The position numbers and the translations under genes are program-made. Positions 1-9,920 of a stretch of DNA of 64,000 nt are shown in pieces (the stretch's first letter is position 1; the number at the start of each line of letters is the position of its first letter). The notes below the pieces were generated by a model. The model worked only from the letters and a program-made list of their open reading frames with translations. It searched no databases and was not told where the DNA came from. This stretch comes from Actinomycetes bacterium. Lineage in GTDB: Bacteria > Actinomycetota > Acidimicrobiia > Acidimicrobiales > Ilumatobacteraceae. Where the stretch lies: positions 12,120 through 76,119 of the forward strand of contig JANYCT010000095.1 in assembly GCA_025360105.1 (NCBI GenBank), in the 5' to 3' direction.

Positions 1-162
1 CAGTGCCGCAGCGTCGGCGGCGGTTTGGGCTTGGCTGCGCGAGACCACACGTAACGACAGTGTGGCCACACCCCAAGCAAGCGTCATGATGAGCGCCACC
101 GCCGCGATGACCAGCGCACACGCCTGTCCGTTGTCACTCACGTCTCGTCGTTTGACCACCAT
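1..162 (-). CDS. TadE-like (Rv3654c-family) membrane protein, N-terminal part only (gene continues left of window)
   Basis: Own translation of the minus strand from ATG 162-160 (GGAGG 5 nt upstream): MVVKRRDVSDNGQACALVIAAVALIMTLAWGVATLSLRVVSRSQAQTAADAAAL. That is a short tail, one TM helix, then an AQxAADxAAL motif typical of this family. It is below the ORF-track length cutoff. Confidence 0.35.
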   Translation of the reverse strand, partial: MVVKRRDVSDNGQACALVIAAVALIMTLAWGVATLSLRVVSRSQAQTAADAAAL

Positions 163-243
163 AGAAACCTCCACGTCACAGCAATGGTGACGGCACAAGG
201 CCGCGATCGGCGCACGTAGCGCGACAGTGCGAGCGAGGCTGAG

Positions 244-2712
244 TTACTCGTCGACGTCGGAAGCGAGAATGGGTGCGACCGAGGCAACCGTCTGACCGTC
301 GTCAAGGCTCATCACCCGCACGCCCGTGGCATCTCGGCCCTGCGAGCTGATTTCGCGCACGCTCATACGAATGGTCACGCCGCCGCTCGAGACCGCAACG
401 ATGTCGTCGTCGAGCGCCACCATGAACGCCGCGACAACCTTGCCTTTGCGACCGGTGAGTTTGATACCGATGACACCCTGTCCACCACGGCCCTGTCGGT
501 TGAACCGGTCGAGTTGGGTGCGCTTGCCGTAGCCGGCCTCGGTGATCAACAAGATCGCTGTGTCGTCGCGAGCAACGTCGACACTCACGACCTCGTCACC
601 CACCTTCATCTTCATGCCGCGCACCCCGCCTGCCGAGCGGCCCATCGGGCGCACTTCGTCCTCGCTGAACCGAATCGTGATGCCAGCACGGCTCACCATG
701 AAAATGTCGTCGGTTCCGCTGGTCTCAATGACCTTCACCAACTCGTCGTTGTCACGCAGATTGATCGCGATCAGACCATCGCGGCGACTCGAGTCGTATT
801 CATTGAACGAGGTCTTCTTCACGGTGCCCTTCTTCGTGGCGAAGAACAGATATCGCTCGCTGGCGAAATCGCGTGTGTCGATGATGGCCTGGATGGTCTC
901 GCCCGCCTGCAGCGGCAAGAGGTTGACAATGGGCATGCCCTTTGCGGTGCGCTCGCGCTCGGGGATGTCCATAGCTCGTAGGCGATAGACCTTGCCGCGA
1001 TTGCTGAAGAACAGCAAGAACGCGTGCGCTGTGGTGAAGATGACGTGGCGAACCAGATCGTCGGTCTTGAGCTTGGCGCCGCTCACACCACGGCCGCCGC
1101 GACCCTGGGTTTTGAAACTTGCTGCGGGCACCGCCTTCACGTACTGCGCCTCGGTCATCACGATGACCAACTCGCGATCATCGACGAGATCCTCGATGCT
1201 CATCTCGCCCGAGTCGTACGTGATCGCACACTTGCGTGGCGTCGCAAATTCCTCGCGCACGGCGAGCATCTCGGTCTTGATCACGCCGCGCAGTTTCTCG
1301 GGTGAATCGAGAATCGACTGCAGCTCGAGAATCCGCTCCTGCAACTCGCCGAGTTCGCGCTCGAGATCGATACGGCTCAGTCGCGTGAGTTGGCGAAGCT
1401 GCATTTCGAGAATGTCCTGCGCCTGGATCTCGCTGAACTCAAAAGGCACTGCCATCAGACCTTCGCGTGCCGCGGCCACGTCGTCGCTGGCACGGATGAG
1501 CGCAATGATCTCGTCGATCACGTTGAGAGCCTTGATGCGACCCTCGACTTTGTGTTCGCGCTCTCGCGCAACGCGCAGTCGATAGATCGTGCGGCGCGTG
1601 ATGACCTCGATCTGATGACTGATGTAGCCGTGCAGCGCCGAGGCGAGATTGAGCGTACGCGGCACGCCATCGACCAAGGCCACCATGTTCACGCCAAAGC
1701 TGGTCTGTAACTGGGTGAGCTTGTAAAGGTTGTTGAGCACGACGTTGGCATTGGCGTCACGCTTGAGCGAGATGATCAGGTTGGTTTTGCCGCCCGACGA
1801 ACCGTCGTTGACGTCAGAAATGCCATCGAGATCACCACCATCCACCAACTCTTGGATGCGCCCGGCGATGGCCGAGCAACTGGTCTGGTACGGCAACTCG
1901 GTGACGACGATGTGATAGCCACCGCGCTTGGTTTCCTCGATACTCGCTGTCGCTCGCATTTTGATGCTGCCGCGGCCGGTTGTGTATGCATCGATGATGC
2001 CGGCGCGACCAAGAATCGAGCCGCCCGTCGGGAAATCGGGACCGTGCACGAAGTGCATCAGATCCTCCGACGTCGCTTCGGGATGATCGATGAGGTGGAT
2101 CGTCGCGTCGATGACCTCGCCGAGGTTGTGCGGTGGAATGTTGGTGGCCATACCAACCGCGATGCCCTGGCTGCCATTCACGAGCAAGTTCGGGAAGCGG
2201 GCCGGCAGCACCGTGGGCTCTTCGCGACTGCCGTCGTAGGTGGCCACCATGTCGACGGTTTCCTCGTCGATGTCGGCGAGCAGTTGCATGGCGAGGGGAT
2301 GCAGTCGGCACTCGGTGTAGCGGCTCGCTGCAGGCCCGAAGTCCGGCGAACCATAGTTGCCATGGAAGTCGATGAGCGGGTGACGCACCGAGAACGGTTG
2401 GGCCATACGCACCAGGGCGTCATAGATAGCGCCGTCGCCGTGGGGGTGATACTTGGCCATGGTGTCGCCGCTGACGCGAGCCGACTTCACGAACGGTCGG
2501 TCGGGCCGGAAGCCCTGTTCGTCCATGTCCCAAATGATGCGGCGGTGTACGGGCTTCAACCCGTCGCGTACGTCGGGCAGGGCGCGGGCCATGATGACCG
2601 ACATCGCGTAGTCGAGGAAGCTTCGCTCCATCTCGTCCTGCAATGAGATCGGCTGCACCGACAGCGATGCGTCCCTCTCGTCGTCGGGTGGGTTCGTTGG
2701 TGTATCAGACAT
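244..2712 (-). CDS. gyrA: DNA gyrase subunit A
   Basis: 822-aa ORF. N-terminal [24 protein letters not shown], active-site Tyr context [11 protein letters not shown]-terminal beta-pinwheel repeats. Directly downstream of gyrB. Confidence 0.97.
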   Translation of the reverse strand: MSDTPTNPPDDERDASLSVQPISLQDEMERSFLDYAMSVIMARALPDVRDGLKPVHRRIIWDMDEQGFRPDRPFVKSARVSGDTMAKYHPHGDGAIYDALVRMAQPFSVRHPLIDFHGNYGSPDFGPAASRYTECRLHPLAMQLLADIDEETVDMVATYDGSREEPTVLPARFPNLLVNGSQGIAVGMATNIPPHNLGEVIDATIHLIDHPEATSEDLMHFVHGPDFPTGGSILGRAGIIDAYTTGRGSIKMRATASIEETKRGGYHIVVTELPYQTSCSAIAGRIQELVDGGDLDGISDVNDGSSGGKTNLIISLKRDANANVVLNNLYKLTQLQTSFGVNMVALVDGVPRTLNLASALHGYISHQIEVITRRTIYRLRVAREREHKVEGRIKALNVIDEIIALIRASDDVAAAREGLMAVPFEFSEIQAQDILEMQLRQLTRLSRIDLERELGELQERILELQSILDSPEKLRGVIKTEMLAVREEFATPRKCAITYDSGEMSIEDLVDDRELVIVMTEAQYVKAVPAASFKTQGRGGRGVSGAKLKTDDLVRHVIFTTAHAFLLFFSNRGKVYRLRAMDIPERERTAKGMPIVNLLPLQAGETIQAIIDTRDFASERYLFFATKKGTVKKTSFNEYDSSRRDGLIAINLRDNDELVKVIETSGTDDIFMVSRAGITIRFSEDEVRPMGRSAGGVRGMKMKVGDEVVSVDVARDDTAILLITEAGYGKRTQLDRFNRQGRGGQGVIGIKLTGRKGKVVAAFMVALDDDIVAVSSGGVTIRMSVREISSQGRDATGVRVMSLDDGQTVASVAPILASDVDE

Positions 2713-2744
2713 GTGTTGGTTCCGTAATCAGTGAAGGCAATGAA

Positions 2745-4727
2745 CTAGATGTCGAGGAAGCGAACATCTTTGGCGTTGGTCTGGATGAAGTGCTTACGGC
2801 TTTCTACGTCGTCGCCCATGAGCACGCTGACGATCTCGTCGGCAATAGCTGCCTCTTCGACGTTGACGCGCAACAGGGTGCGGCTTTCGGCCGCCATGGT
2901 GGTGCCGCGCAGTTCTTCCCAGTCCATCTCACCGAGGCCCTTGAGGCGTTGGAATTCTTTTTTGTGATTGGGTCGCTCCTCGAGGAAGCGGGTCTTGGCG
3001 GCATCGTCTTTGAGGTACACCTTTTCTTTGGCGACCTCGGTGGAAAACAGCGGCGGTTGAGCAATGTAGACAAAACCCGCTTCGACCAAGGGGCGCATCT
3101 GCCGGAAGAAGAACGTGAGCAGCAGGGTGCGAATGTGGCTGCCGTCGACGTCGGCGTCAGCGAGCACGATCACCTTGTGATAGCGGGCCTTGGCAGCATC
3201 GAACTCGTCGCCCACACCACCACCGATGGCGGTAATGAGCGTCTGGACCTCGGTGTTCTTCAACATGCGGTCGAGCCGTGCCCGCTCGACGTTGAGGATC
3301 TTGCCGCGGATCGGCAAAATGGCCTGTGTACGAGGATCGCGTGCATCGAGCGCGGTGCCACCAGCAGAGTCGCCCTCGACGATGAATAACTCACTCTCTT
3401 CTGGGTTGCCGCTCGTGCAGTCCTTCAGCTTGTCGGGCATGCCGGCGCCAGCGAGCGCCGTCTTACGACGAATCGCATTGCGCGCATTCTTCGCGGCGAC
3501 GCGGGCCTGTGCGGCCGCTAACGCCTTTTTGACAATGCGGTTGGCCTCGGTTGGATTTTCCTCGAGCCACTCGGCAAGACGTTCGTTGGTGGCCTTTTGC
3601 ACGAAAGACCGCATCGGGACGTTGCCGAGCTTGGCCTTGGTCTGGCCCTCGAACTGCGGCTCGCGCAACTTCACCGAGACGATGGCAGTGATGCCTTCGC
3701 GGATGTCCTCGCCGAGGAGGTTGTCCTCTTTTTCCTTGAGCAGGTTCTTCGCCCGGGCGTACTTGTTCAGCACGCTGGTGAGCGCCGTCTTGAAGCCTTC
3801 GACATGCATGCCACCCTCGGTGGTCGAGATGCCGTTCGCGTAGCCATGGATGCCTTCGTAGTAACCCGTGTTCCACTGAATAGCGATGTCGAGCGTCTGA
3901 CCCTCGGCATCGTCGGAATCCTCGTAGTTGGCGACCTTGCTGAACAATGCCTCCTTGGAGACGTTCAGATGCTTGACAAAGTCGACGATGCCGCCTTTGT
4001 ACTGGTACGTGATCGTCTGCTCACGACCAAGTCGTTCGTCGGTGAACACGATCTCGAGGTTCTTGTTGAGAAACGCCATCGTCTGCAGGCGCTCGAGCAC
4101 GGTGCGCGCCACGAAGTCGGTTCCCTCGGCTTGGAAGATGCCTGCGTCTGGCCAAAACGAAATTGACGTACCGGTCTTGCGCCCGCGCGCCGGGGATTCG
4201 CCAACGGCTCCCATCTTGCCCTGCGGCTTACCACCCTGGGCATACAGTTGCTGATAGTGCTGTCCGTCGCGATCGACTTCGACGATGAGTTTTTCGCTCA
4301 ACGCGTTGACCACGCTGACGCCCACGCCGTGCAAGCCACCCGACACCTTGTAGCCCTCACCACCAAATTTGCCGCCCGCGTGCAGAACCGTGAGCACCAC
4401 CTCGGCGGCGCTCTTGCCCTTGTGTGGGCCCGACGGATAGGGATCGACAGGAATACCGCGCCCGTTGTCGTCGACGCGGCAACCGCCATGTGCAAGTAGC
4501 GTTACTCCGATCCGGGTGCAAAAGCCGGCCATTGCCTCGTCTACAGAGTTGTCGACGACTTCCCAGATGAGGTGATGCAGGCCGGCAAGCCCCGTAGAAC
4601 CGATGTACATGCCGGGCCGTTTACGAACGGGATCGAGTCCTTCCAGAACCTGAATGTCCTTTGCGCCGTAATCAGCGCTGGGCTGGCTGGATGACTTGCC
4701 AGTACCGGGGGCGTCAGTCTGTGACAC
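2745..4727 (-). CDS. gyrB: DNA gyrase subunit B
   Basis: 660-aa ORF. GHKL ATPase motifs (LHHLIWEVVDNSVDEA, GGLHGVG), Toprim EGDSAGG, C-terminal DVRFLDI. Confidence 0.97.
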   Translation of the reverse strand: MSQTDAPGTGKSSSQPSADYGAKDIQVLEGLDPVRKRPGMYIGSTGLAGLHHLIWEVVDNSVDEAMAGFCTRIGVTLLAHGGCRVDDNGRGIPVDPYPSGPHKGKSAAEVVLTVLHAGGKFGGEGYKVSGGLHGVGVSVVNALSEKLIVEVDRDGQHYQQLYAQGGKPQGKMGAVGESPARGRKTGTSISFWPDAGIFQAEGTDFVARTVLERLQTMAFLNKNLEIVFTDERLGREQTITYQYKGGIVDFVKHLNVSKEALFSKVANYEDSDDAEGQTLDIAIQWNTGYYEGIHGYANGISTTEGGMHVEGFKTALTSVLNKYARAKNLLKEKEDNLLGEDIREGITAIVSVKLREPQFEGQTKAKLGNVPMRSFVQKATNERLAEWLEENPTEANRIVKKALAAAQARVAAKNARNAIRRKTALAGAGMPDKLKDCTSGNPEESELFIVEGDSAGGTALDARDPRTQAILPIRGKILNVERARLDRMLKNTEVQTLITAIGGGVGDEFDAAKARYHKVIVLADADVDGSHIRTLLLTFFFRQMRPLVEAGFVYIAQPPLFSTEVAKEKVYLKDDAAKTRFLEERPNHKKEFQRLKGLGEMDWEELRGTTMAAESRTLLRVNVEEAAIADEIVSVLMGDDVESRKHFIQTNAKDVRFLDI

Positions 4728-4958
4728 AGGAGACCTCGTCTGTTGTGTTGGTCGAGAGCGTCGAAATGCTTCGAAACGCTCGATCGTGAGTGGGTTCGAG
4801 CACGAACGAACCGAGTGGCAACTGGCGCTCTGAAACGCTTCAAGAACCGCCGTGATCGCACTGCCGACAGCCTACCAAAGGGGTACTACAAAGGTGTGCT
4901 TTGTCTGGGCTTCCGCGCATAGAGTTTTTTGGGTCGGAAACCGCCCGAAATTGCCGTC

Positions 4959-5261
4959 TCAGCGGGGTTTCACACGAATATCGAAGCGAGAGACCTCTAA
5001 ACCGGCTACGGACCGCAGGCGTGCGATTACATCGGCCTCGAGAAACCGTAGCTGTGTGGCCCATCCGGGCTCGTCAACTTCCACGAGTAAGCGATCGCCA
5101 TCGAGCTTCACCGGACGCGCGTGGTCGGCGACCACTTCACCGACCGCATCGACCCAACGACTGAACAGCGTGCCCATGGAGCGGGCGTCGGAGGTGCCTC
5201 CGCGCAACGCGCGGACCACACCATTGATACTGCTCGTCAGCGGAATCGGCTCATAGCTCAC
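4959..5261 (-). CDS. dciA: DUF721 domain protein (DciA-type helicase operator, Rv0004 position)
   Basis: 100-aa ORF between recF and gyrB, the position of Rv0004. Sequence ...VKLDGDRLLVEVDEPGWATQLRFLE... is typical of DUF721. 4-nt overlap with the recF stop. Confidence 0.75.
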   Translation of the reverse strand: MSYEPIPLTSSINGVVRALRGGTSDARSMGTLFSRWVDAVGEVVADHARPVKLDGDRLLVEVDEPGWATQLRFLEADVIARLRSVAGLEVSRFDIRVKPR

Positions 5262-6337
5262 ACCAGCACCGTACCGTTGCTGACGCGCAGCACGCGATCA
5301 GCGCGAGCATCACTCGGCAGCGGGCTGGCCGTGGTGATCAGCACCTGACCGATCGGGAGATTCGCCAACAGCGCTGCTGCCCGCGCAGAGTCGAGTTCGC
5401 TCAGTACATCGTCAAGAATGAGAATCGGCGGGGTACCGACTTTGTCAGCAACCAGGCGATGCGCTCCCAAACGCAGGGCCAGCGCCAGCGATCGTTGTTC
5501 GCCTTGAGACGCGTGTGTGCGTGCCGGCAGTCCGTTGAGCGAGATCTCTACGTCGTCTCGATGCGGACCGACCGTGCTTGACTGCCGGCGGATGTCGTCG
5601 GCGCGCGCAGCGCTGAGCGCATGCAGCAGACCAGTTCGCCGCCAGGGCGGTTCGTACACCAACTCCACCGGTGTTGCCCGACCTGCGAGTTGCTCGTATG
5701 CCTCGAGCACCATCGGAGTCAGTCGCGCCACCAGCGTGGCACGGGCGTGGCCAAGTTGTTCGCCGTGTTGGGCGAGCTTTTCGTCCCACACATCCAACGT
5801 CAACGAGACGTCATCGCTCACTCGCCCGCCGCACTGCTTGAGCAAACTGTTGCGTTGCTTCAGGACGCGATCGATCTCCAACCTCAACGAATCGTGCTTG
5901 ACTGCGAGCGACACCAAGGTGTCGTCCATCAGGCGACGACGTTCAGCCGGGCCCTCTTTCACAAGCGCCAAGTCATCGGGTGAGAACACCGAGACGCGTA
6001 GCACACCGAGCAACTCGCGACTGCGACTGAGGCGTTGCCGGTTCACCAACACACGGTTGCGACCACTGCGATTGATCTCAGCCTCGATCAGTAGTTCGCG
6101 TCCGTCGTCGTGGATGATCTCGGCACGAATGATCGCCGTGTCGGCCCCGTTGCGGATAAGGGCATCGATCGGGGCTCCTCGAAACGACTCGAGTGTGGCG
6201 AGGTAGCCCAGCGATTCCGCGAGGTTCGTCTTACCCTGCCCATTGTCGCCAACGATCGCTGTAGTACCCGGCACAAAGTCGAGTTGCGCTGTGATGTAGT
6301 TGCGGAAATCAACGAGTTCCAACGACCGCACCAACAC
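5258..6337 (-). CDS. recF: DNA replication and repair protein RecF
   Basis: 359 aa. Walker A GDNGQGKTNL, signature SQGEQRSLALAL, Walker B PILILDDVLSELD. Canonical dnaN-recF order. Confidence 0.95.
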   Translation of the reverse strand: MLVRSLELVDFRNYITAQLDFVPGTTAIVGDNGQGKTNLAESLGYLATLESFRGAPIDALIRNGADTAIIRAEIIHDDGRELLIEAEINRSGRNRVLVNRQRLSRSRELLGVLRVSVFSPDDLALVKEGPAERRRLMDDTLVSLAVKHDSLRLEIDRVLKQRNSLLKQCGGRVSDDVSLTLDVWDEKLAQHGEQLGHARATLVARLTPMVLEAYEQLAGRATPVELVYEPPWRRTGLLHALSAARADDIRRQSSTVGPHRDDVEISLNGLPARTHASQGEQRSLALALRLGAHRLVADKVGTPPILILDDVLSELDSARAAALLANLPIGQVLITTASPLPSDARADRVLRVSNGTVLV

Positions 6338-6383
6338 GCCAGCACGCTAGCGGCCCGGTCTGCGCGCCAGCGGGAAGCCAGCG

Positions 6384-7478
6384 CTATGGCACTCGAACGG
6401 GCATGAGCAGATAGAGATATTCCGGTCGGCCCACTCCCCGGAGTACCGCAGGTTTCAACGCGTCGAGGGTCTCGAGTGTGACCTCGTCGCCGCCGACCGC
6501 TTCGACCCCTGCAGCGAAATAGTCAGGGTTGAAGGCCACCGTCAATTCAGTGCCCTCAAGCACAGCGTCGAGTTCTTCGACAGCGTTCCCAACGTCTTGT
6601 GTGATGGCGGTGAGGCGCAAGCTGTCGGCCGACATTTGCAGACGAATCGGTGTGGCGTCGCGCGCAAGGATCTTGACACGCCTGATGGCCTCCATCAGCG
6701 ACTCGCGCGCAACCGTGAGCTTGTTCGGGTAACTGGCGGGGATGAGCTGTCGATAATTCGGGAACTCGCCCTCAATCAGGCGCGTCGTCAAGCGGGTGTT
6801 GCCAACCTCGAAGGTGGCATCTCGCTCACCGAGGCGCAACGTAAGTTCGCTGGCATGACCTACCAGTCGCTGCAATTCGCTCAGTGCACGGCCAGGAACG
6901 AGCACTTTCTGATCGGCACCGAGCACACTCGCGCCAGGAAGGTCACGTACCGCGAGTCGATACGAATCGGTTGCCACCATGCGTAATCCCTCGGCCTCTG
7001 CGGTCAACAACACACCGGTGAGAATTGGACGCGCCTCGTCGGTACTTGCCGCTCGAACCACTTGGCGAAGGGCTTCTCCGACTTCACCACTGGGCAGCGT
7101 CACCGCACTCGAAGCCGGTGCGGCAAGACGCGGGTAGTCATCAAGCGACAGCGGGCGTACGGCAAACTGTGAGCGGCCCCCGGCGATGGATACGTCGTCG
7201 CCATCGACGGATACCTCCACCTTGCCCGCGCTCAGAGACCGCACGATGTCGGCGGCAAGACGCGCTGGCAACACAACACCACCATCGCGTTCGCCACCCA
7301 CTTCGATCTCGAGCTGAATCGTCAGTTCGAGATCGGTGCCGGTCACCGTGAGTTTGTCGCCGACGAGTTCGAGTCGAAGTCCCGAGAGTACGGGCAACGT
7401 TCCGGTGCGACCTGTGGCGGCTCGCCCAGCAGTGGCCAGTGCGTCAGCCAGAAGATCGCGTTCACAGCGGAATTTCAC
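6384..7478 (-). CDS. dnaN: DNA polymerase III beta sliding clamp
   Basis: The ORF track gives 6384-7604. The clamp homology starts at VKFRCERDLLADAL, so I place the start at GTG 7478-7476 (GGGAAAGG upstream). The upstream 42 codons run into the DnaA-box/AT-rich region. Confidence 0.93.
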   Translation of the reverse strand: MKFRCERDLLADALATAGRAATGRTGTLPVLSGLRLELVGDKLTVTGTDLELTIQLEIEVGGERDGGVVLPARLAADIVRSLSAGKVEVSVDGDDVSIAGGRSQFAVRPLSLDDYPRLAAPASSAVTLPSGEVGEALRQVVRAASTDEARPILTGVLLTAEAEGLRMVATDSYRLAVRDLPGASVLGADQKVLVPGRALSELQRLVGHASELTLRLGERDATFEVGNTRLTTRLIEGEFPNYRQLIPASYPNKLTVARESLMEAIRRVKILARDATPIRLQMSADSLRLTAITQDVGNAVEELDAVLEGTELTVAFNPDYFAAGVEAVGGDEVTLETLDALKPAVLRGVGRPEYLYLLMPVRVP

Positions 7479-7716
7479 GTTGCAACCTTTCCCACCAGAT
7501 GGTGATGTATCAGAGTAATGGTAGTAATAAGGGCTGTGGATTGTGGACAACGCCGAGTTGTTGCAGCGTAGGGGCCATATTGCGGTGTGCACGGGTATCC
7601 CCACCCGTCCACAGGGCTGAGTGCTCGATCGACGACGTCGGTGGACAACTCTGCGTTATCCCCGTCGCAGCACCCGGTGTCCACAGCAAGTTCATGTGTT
7701 GTTTGCACAGGGGCCA
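7479..7716. other. Probable oriC: DnaA-box cluster plus AT-rich element
   Basis: Six DnaA-box-like 9-mers: 7535-7543, 7542-7550, 7605-7613, 7640-7648, 7656-7664, 7677-7685. A 27-nt stretch of about 30% GC lies at 7505-7531. The dnaA-dnaN gap is the oriC location in Mycobacterium and Streptomyces. Confidence 0.65.
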
Positions 7717-9126
7717 TCAACCCTGCTTTAGCCGTTGCACCATGTCGGTGACCTGGTCGTAGACCTGCTTGCGCTCGCTCATCAGTCGTTGAATCTTTTC
7801 GACTGCATGGATGACGGTTGTGTGATCGCGACCGCCGAACAGTCGAGCGATTGCGGGATAACTCAAGTCGGTCAAGTCACGGAACACGTACATCGCAATT
7901 TGGCGACTGGTCACGAGAGGACGTTGACGACTCTTGCCGCGAAGGGCCTCGACGCTCTGGCCGAGGATGATGGCCATTTCGTTGAGCAACTCCTCGTCAG
8001 TACGTGTCTTGGCTGCGCTGTCGGTGAGCAGGTCGCGCAGCAGTTGCTCGGCGAGATGTGTGGTGATCGGGACTCGACTGAGACTGGCATAGGCCGTGAC
8101 ACGAATCATTGCCCCTTCGAGCTCGCGAATGTTGTTCGTGATGTGGGTGGCGATGAACTCGAGCGTCTCTGCCGGCACGCGTGAGTCGTCGCGTTCGGCT
8201 TTATTGCGCAGAATTGCGAGTCGTGTTTCCATATCGGGAGGTTGCACGTCGGTGATCAGGCCCCACTTGAAGCGACCACGGAGACGCTCCTCGAGGGTGG
8301 GGATGGCGTCGGGCATGCGGTCACTGGAGATGACGATCTGCTTGTTCGCACCATGCAAGGAGTTGAACGTGTGGAAGAACTCCTCTTGGAGACCCTCTTT
8401 GCCCTCCATGAACTGAATGTCGTCGATGAGGAGTACATCAATGTCGCGGTAGCGGCGTTTGAACGATGCCGTGGTGTTACTGCGAATCGCGTCAACGTAT
8501 TCGTTCAGGAACGTTTCGGTACTGACATAGCGCACGACATCGTGTTGATAGTGACGGTGCACGTAATGACCAATGGCGTGCAACAGGTGGGTCTTGCCCA
8601 GACCAGCAGCGCCATAGATGAACAACGGGTTATAGCTCCGACCCGGCGTTTCGGCCACGCGTTGTGCGGCGGCGAGTGCGAACTGGTTCGACTGGCCTTT
8701 GACGAACGTTTCGAATGAATAGCGGGGGTTCAGCCCGGCGATGTCGCCGGGACCACTGTTTGTGGAGGAACGCGACGATCCCAGATTCGGCTGTATTTCG
8801 GCTGCTATACCGCCGGCTGCTCCGTCAAGGGCATCGACGTCGGTTACGTCGCGCAGTTCGTCGGCCGCTTCGCTGACCTGTACATCGACGATGAACGTGC
8901 GGTTCGAGGCGCCGATTTCTTCGAGTGCGTCGAGCACGAGCGGGAGAAACCTCGACATGATCCGATCACGCAGGTGAGTGCTGGGTGCACTGACGCGCAG
9001 TTCGTTCGGCGCACTTTCGAGCGGAACGACGTCTTGGAAGGTAGAGAACCACACGGCCTCGGACACTTGCGCGCGGAGCAACTGAGCAACGGCTGTCCAC
9101 AACTGCTCATAGTCGCTCACCTGCAC
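7717..9126 (-). CDS. dnaA: Chromosomal replication initiator DnaA
   Basis: 469 aa. AAA+ Walker A GAAGLGKTHLL, box VII/sensor motifs, C-terminal DNA-binding signature ...GGRDHTTVIHA. Confidence 0.97.
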   Translation of the reverse strand: MQVSDYEQLWTAVAQLLRAQVSEAVWFSTFQDVVPLESAPNELRVSAPSTHLRDRIMSRFLPLVLDALEEIGASNRTFIVDVQVSEAADELRDVTDVDALDGAAGGIAAEIQPNLGSSRSSTNSGPGDIAGLNPRYSFETFVKGQSNQFALAAAQRVAETPGRSYNPLFIYGAAGLGKTHLLHAIGHYVHRHYQHDVVRYVSTETFLNEYVDAIRSNTTASFKRRYRDIDVLLIDDIQFMEGKEGLQEEFFHTFNSLHGANKQIVISSDRMPDAIPTLEERLRGRFKWGLITDVQPPDMETRLAILRNKAERDDSRVPAETLEFIATHITNNIRELEGAMIRVTAYASLSRVPITTHLAEQLLRDLLTDSAAKTRTDEELLNEMAIILGQSVEALRGKSRQRPLVTSRQIAMYVFRDLTDLSYPAIARLFGGRDHTTVIHAVEKIQRLMSERKQVYDQVTDMVQRLKQG

Positions 9127-9147
9127 CTCCTCCTAGAACGTCCTACG

Positions 9148-9180
9148 CTGTCCACATCATTGTCCACACAGTGTGGACAA
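9148..9180. promoter_or_regulatory. Three DnaA boxes upstream of dnaA, two forming a perfect 21-bp palindrome
   Basis: CTGTCCACA 9148-9156, TTGTCCACA 9160-9168, TGTGGACAA 9172-9180. They start 22 nt upstream of the dnaA start codon. Confidence 0.7.
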
Positions 9181-9411
9181 CAAAATCCTGGTGAGTGCAC
9201 AGAGCCGGGCACGCTAGCACCGTTTGCAAGGGGGCCGTTCACAGCGCCTGGAGATGAACCACAGATGACGCGTCGACTTGGTTGATGAGTTGCCAAGTTC
9301 GGGATTCCTGCCGTAGCCTGTTGCAGTTCTGGCGCAATCTGTATGTTGGCTCGCGTCAGGGTCCCACGATTTCTGCTCCACCTGCGGTGGCGCCTTCCGA
9401 GGAGGTTTGCG

Positions 9412-9546
9412 TTGAAGCGCACCTTTCAACCCAACAACTTGCAGCGCGCCAAGAAGCATGGCTTCCGCGCCCGTATGAGCACCAAGGGCGGCCGTGCCGT
9501 ACTGAAGTCTCGTCGGGCCAAGGGCCGGCACCGTCTGTCAGCTTGA
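9412..9546 (+). CDS. rpmH: 50S ribosomal protein L34
   Basis: Within ORF 9343-9546. L34 homology starts at (L)[24 protein letters not shown] 9412 is preceded by GGAGG at 9401-9405. Confidence 0.9.
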   Translation: MKRTFQPNNLQRAKKHGFRARMSTKGGRAVLKSRRAKGRHRLSA

Positions 9547-9920
9547 TCGGGCGCTTTGGTGGGCGAGCCATGTTTGAGCGATTGGCTCAGACCGGTTCGC
9601 GTGCTCGCGCCGGAGTGCTGTGGTGCACGTTCGTACTCGATCCCCACGTAACGCCCCCTCGGGTGGCGTATGCGATCGGCCGCGCCGTCGGCCCCGCAGT
9701 GACGCGCAATCGTCTCCGTCGCCGGTTGCGGTCGCTTCTGCAACGGAAATTTCCCCATCTGCCCAGTGGTTTGTACCTCATCGGAGCCACACCGGCCGCC
9801 GCACAACGGTCCTACAGCGAACTGACGTTCGACCTCGAGCGAATGATGACGCGCATTTCGACCGCGGCGACTCCGACCACAAACCTGACCAGTCAGCCTC
9901 CGCACTCAACCGTCGACTGA
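9543..9920 (+). CDS. rnpA: Ribonuclease P protein component
   Basis: Frame of ORF 9282-9920: ...[24 protein letters not shown]... (RNR motif). Follows rpmH. Start is either TTG 9543 (overlaps the rpmH stop) or ATG 9570. Confidence 0.85.
   Translation: MIGRFGGRAMFERLAQTGSRARAGVLWCTFVLDPHVTPPRVAYAIGRAVGPAVTRNRLRRRLRSLLQRKFPHLPSGLYLIGATPAAAQRSYSELTFDLERMMTRISTAATPTTNLTSQPPHSTVD

Noticed and set aside
1852-2646. 264-aa plus-strand ORF and several other 60-200-aa ORFs inside gyrA and gyrB.
   Set aside because: These are shadow frames of two unambiguous essential genes.
4728-4958. Imperfect hairpins in the 230-nt gyrB leader/promoter region (GAGCGTCGAA...TTCGAAACGCTC about 4756-4781; GGTTCG...CGAACC about 4793-4812).
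   Set aside because: The stems are short and interrupted, of a kind expected by chance in GC-rich DNA. I have no basis to assign a function beyond the known supercoiling-sensitive gyr promoters.
7479-7604. ORF-track N-terminal extensions of dnaN (to 7604), trxB (to 17348), the kinase (to 21136), cca (from 25406), the methyltransferase (to 31205), ssb (from 54535), apbE (from 53318), the VOC protein (to 59289), rplI, PfkB, DinB-like and the ferric-reductase-like gene.
   Set aside because: In each case family homology begins at an internal start. The extension either overlaps a neighbouring gene or regulatory region, or is low-complexity.
9620-9916. The long N-terminal extension of the yidD ORF, as given in the ORF track (start 9620).
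   Set aside because: It would be read out-of-frame across all of rnpA and adds about 100 non-conserved Arg/Pro-rich residues. This is not credible as coding; see the CTGA finding instead.
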